Positions 61,554-64,000 of a stretch of 64,000 nt of DNA are shown in pieces. Below the pieces are notes generated by a model that saw only the letters and a list, made by a program, of their open reading frames with translations, was not told the origin of the DNA and made no database searches. The DNA is from Clostridia bacterium (GTDB lineage Bacteria; Bacillota; Clostridia; Oscillospirales; CAG-272). Where the stretch lies: assembly GCA_017482355.1 (NCBI GenBank), contig JAFUNJ010000008.1, positions 24,790 to 88,789 of the forward strand, read 5' to 3'. Both the position numbers and the translations under genes were made by a program. Each line of letters begins with the position of its first letter. Position 1 is the stretch's first letter.

Positions 61554-64000
61554 ATGAACAAAAATAAAAAGAAGATAAATTGGAACGATGAGTTCGCCAA
61601 AAGCATAGGCGTGCTCGGCAAGGCGCTTCTGAAGGCACTTGGCTGGGCGTTCAGCATCTTTATAACTATCGGTCTTATAGGAGTTATAACAGGTGTTATC
61701 GTCGGCGGTGCGTTCTTGCTTTATGTAAAGAACCATCTTGACACGAGCGTTGATGACTTTTCAATGATGGCTCAGGAGCGTAGTCTTACGACTACGATCA
61801 GCTATGTTGACGCGGACGGAAATATCGTCGAATACGAGCACCTCAGCGCCGCAGAAAATCGCATGTGGGTAGCATATTCCGATATGGGCGATTATCTGCC
61901 GCAGGCATTTATCGCTATTGAGGACAAGCGTTTTGAGAGCCACGACGGTGTTGACTGGGTGAGAACTGTGAAGGTAACCCTTGATTACTTCCTTGGCGGC
62001 GGTGCTCAGGGCGGATCTACGATCACACAGCAGCTCATTAAGAATATTACCGGTGATGATGACGTTACGATCCAGCGTAAGGCGCAGGAGATATTCAAGG
62101 CGCTCAATCTGGAAAAGAGATATGATAAGACCGAGATTCTCGAAATGTATCTCAATAACATCTATCTCTCGCAGTCATGCTACGGAGTCGGAGCGGCTTC
62201 CTATGCTTATTTTGGAAAGGAACCGGCGGATCTTACTCTTATAGAGGCGGCGGCAATTGCGGCGATAACGCAGAACCCGTCGAAGTGGGATCCGATAATA
62301 CACCCCGAGAATAATGCTATCCGCCGTAATCAGGTCATTAAGCTGATGTACGAGCAGGGAAGGATAACGCAGGAAGAATATACTGCCGCATATAAGCAGG
62401 ATCTTGAGCTTAATCCGCAGGATAAGGACTCCGATACAGGAATTTCGATAAATTCCTGGTATACAGACGCTGCACAGCAGGAAGCGAAGCAGCTTCTTAT
62501 GGATAAATTCGGTTATAGTGACAGTTACGCCTCGAAGATGCTTCTGACAAGCGGACTGAACATTGTTACTGCTATGGATCCCAAGGTTCAGCAGGTTCTT
62601 GAAAAATACTATGAAAACGAAGCTTATTGGACACGTGAAGACGGTACGCCTATTCGTAAGGACGAGTCGCCTATTCAGCCGAAGTCTTCTGCAGTCGTTA
62701 TAGATCCCGATACAGGTAACGTTCTCGGACTCGTCGGAGACCGCGGACAGAAAACGCTTAACCTGGGTCTTAACTACGCTACTCAGACAAGGCGTCCGTC
62801 GGGATCGTCAATAAAGCCGCTTTCCGTTTACGGACCGGGACTTGAGCTTGGCGTTCTTACCTATGGTACGGTATTTGACGACGTCCCGATAAACTTCGGT
62901 AATCAGGTCGTAAACCCCGAAACAGGTGCTATATCTTATTCGAGAAAGACGGGTTATCCTCACAATTCGCCTAACCGATATGCAGGTCTTCAGACTGTTC
63001 ACGAGGGTGTCAGAGTTTCGAAAAACACGATCGCGTGGCGAGCGCTCGATGCTGTCGGCCTTCAGAATTCCTTTGATTATCTGACCGAGAAGCTGGGTCT
63101 TTCTACGCTGGTTGAAAGACGGGTTAATTCCGCAGGAGTTGTTTATTCCGATATTTCCTACGCTCCGCTCGCGATGGGTGAGTTTACCTATGGCGTAACG
63201 GTCAAGGAAATGACTGCGGCATATCAGATATTTGTTAACGGCGGTATATATAATGAGGAAAGAATCGTTCTTCAGATTCTGGATGCAGACGGAAACGTAG
63301 TCCTTGACAATACAAGAAAGAGCGAGATCGTAATGAGCGCAGAGAATGCCGCTATTATGACGAAGATGCTCGAAGAGGTCGTTGATTCCGGTACCGCGAC
63401 AGAGGTCACCTTAAGAAATAAGATCGACTGTGCAGGCAAGACAGGTACGACGAGCTCGCAAAAGGACCAGTGGTTTGTCGGATATACTCCATACTACGTA
63501 TGCGGTATCTGGTTCGGATATTCGATGCCTCGTTCGCTCGAAAACTTCAGCGGTGTTCCCGAGACGATGTGGAACAAGATAATGGGTGAGCTTGTAGCGG
63601 ATAAGATCGCCGAAGCAAATAACGGCGGCGAAAAGCTTAAGACGTTTACTGTTCCGAGAAGTGTTACAACAGCAACCTACTGTAAGGACTCCGGAAAGCT
63701 TCTTACCGATGCTTGTAAAAAGGACCCGCGCGGAAGCCGCGCTGAGATCGGTTACTTCGTCCGCGGAACCGAGCCGTCCGAATACTGCGACGTTCATTTC
63801 CTCGCTGACAGAGATAAGAATACAAACGGTATGATGACGCCGTACTGCCCGGAGGAAAACGCTGTTCAGGTTGGTCTTCTTAACGTATTGCGCCAGTTCC
63901 CGTACAATATTTACGTTGACGACGCAGAATACACGGGACAGATTCTTCCTGATGACTATTCTTTTGAAGGGATCAATTATTCGACGTCCTATTATCAGAA
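61554..64000 (+). CDS. Class A penicillin-binding protein (PBP1A: glycosyltransferase GT51 + transpeptidase), 3' end outside window
   Basis: Absent from the ORF track because no stop occurs in the window. Translation MNKNKKKINW.. then a TM. GT51 motifs: AIEDKRFESHDG, GGSTITQQL, RKAQE. Transpeptidase motifs: SGSSIKP (SxxK), SKNT (SxN), KTGTT. The frame stays open to base 64000. Confidence 0.9.
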   Translation, partial: MNKNKKKINWNDEFAKSIGVLGKALLKALGWAFSIFITIGLIGVITGVIVGGAFLLYVKNHLDTSVDDFSMMAQERSLTTTISYVDADGNIVEYEHLSAAENRMWVAYSDMGDYLPQAFIAIEDKRFESHDGVDWVRTVKVTLDYFLGGGAQGGSTITQQLIKNITGDDDVTIQRKAQEIFKALNLEKRYDKTEILEMYLNNIYLSQSCYGVGAASYAYFGKEPADLTLIEAAAIAAITQNPSKWDPIIHPENNAIRRNQVIKLMYEQGRITQEEYTAAYKQDLELNPQDKDSDTGISINSWYTDAAQQEAKQLLMDKFGYSDSYASKMLLTSGLNIVTAMDPKVQQVLEKYYENEAYWTREDGTPIRKDESPIQPKSSAVVIDPDTGNVLGLVGDRGQKTLNLGLNYATQTRRPSGSSIKPLSVYGPGLELGVLTYGTVFDDVPINFGNQVVNPETGAISYSRKTGYPHNSPNRYAGLQTVHEGVRVSKNTIAWRALDAVGLQNSFDYLTEKLGLSTLVERRVNSAGVVYSDISYAPLAMGEFTYGVTVKEMTAAYQIFVNGGIYNEERIVLQILDADGNVVLDNTRKSEIVMSAENAAIMTKMLEEVVDSGTATEVTLRNKIDCAGKTGTTSSQKDQWFVGYTPYYVCGIWFGYSMPRSLENFSGVPETMWNKIMGELVADKIAEANNGGEKLKTFTVPRSVTTATYCKDSGKLLTDACKKDPRGSRAEIGYFVRGTEPSEYCDVHFLADRDKNTNGMMTPYCPEENAVQVGLLNVLRQFPYNIYVDDAEYTGQILPDDYSFEGINYSTSYYQ

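Noticed and set aside
1-64000. Search for mobile elements, a prophage, CRISPR, toxin-antitoxin pairs or known defence genes as the hinted 'undescribed system'.
   Set aside because: I found no transposase, integrase, recombinase, Cas, restriction-modification, reverse transcriptase, TIR/SIR2/STAND or small paired toxin-antitoxin ORFs. There are no tRNA genes to act as integration sites, and no direct repeats flanking the accessory-like first 16 kb. I therefore do not claim a defence island.

Overview
This is about 64 kb of chromosomal DNA from a mid-GC Firmicute. Gene content suggests a spore-forming member of Clostridia (pdaA, SpoIID-like, whiA, and ruvCAB, ecfA1A2T-truA and xseAB-ispA-tlyA-nadK-argR-recN clusters). 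I call 55 protein-coding genes, including one 37-codon ORF missing from the supplied track and one open-ended PBP1A gene at the 3' edge.

I found no rRNA, tRNA, CRISPR array, transposase, integrase or prophage gene. Every intergenic gap is under 240 nt, so there is no room for a large RNA gene.

Bases 16,000-64,000 are almost entirely housekeeping genes on the + strand. These cover recombination and repair, the ECF transporter core, Clp ATPase, RF1, Sua5, ParC, GpsA, NusB, exonuclease VII, NAD kinase, ArgR, RecN, TyrRS, MurB, WhiA, DnaE and PBP1A.

The first 16 kb looks accessory, with frequent strand switches. It holds:
- an ABC exporter with an unusual N-terminal domain, plus a DUF1854-like partner
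- a DUF4317-like protein
- an AraC regulator divergent from a 1,276-aa secreted multidomain protein, which is followed by a tiny ORF
- a LytTR + LiaF-like two-gene module
- PdaA, a ComEC-type MBL nuclease domain and YfhO

I see no recognisable defence system. The observations most worth follow-up are:
1. A LytTR/LiaF-like operon preceded by a perfect 9-bp direct repeat with a 12-bp spacer.
2. A full-length P-type ATPase homologue in which every catalytic signature is substituted, so it is probably a pseudoenzyme.
3. The ABC(N-terminal domain + zinc ribbon)/DUF1854-like pair.
4. The unannotated 37-aa ORF inside the transcription unit of the giant secreted protein.

All family assignments come from reading motifs by eye. 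None has been checked against a database.
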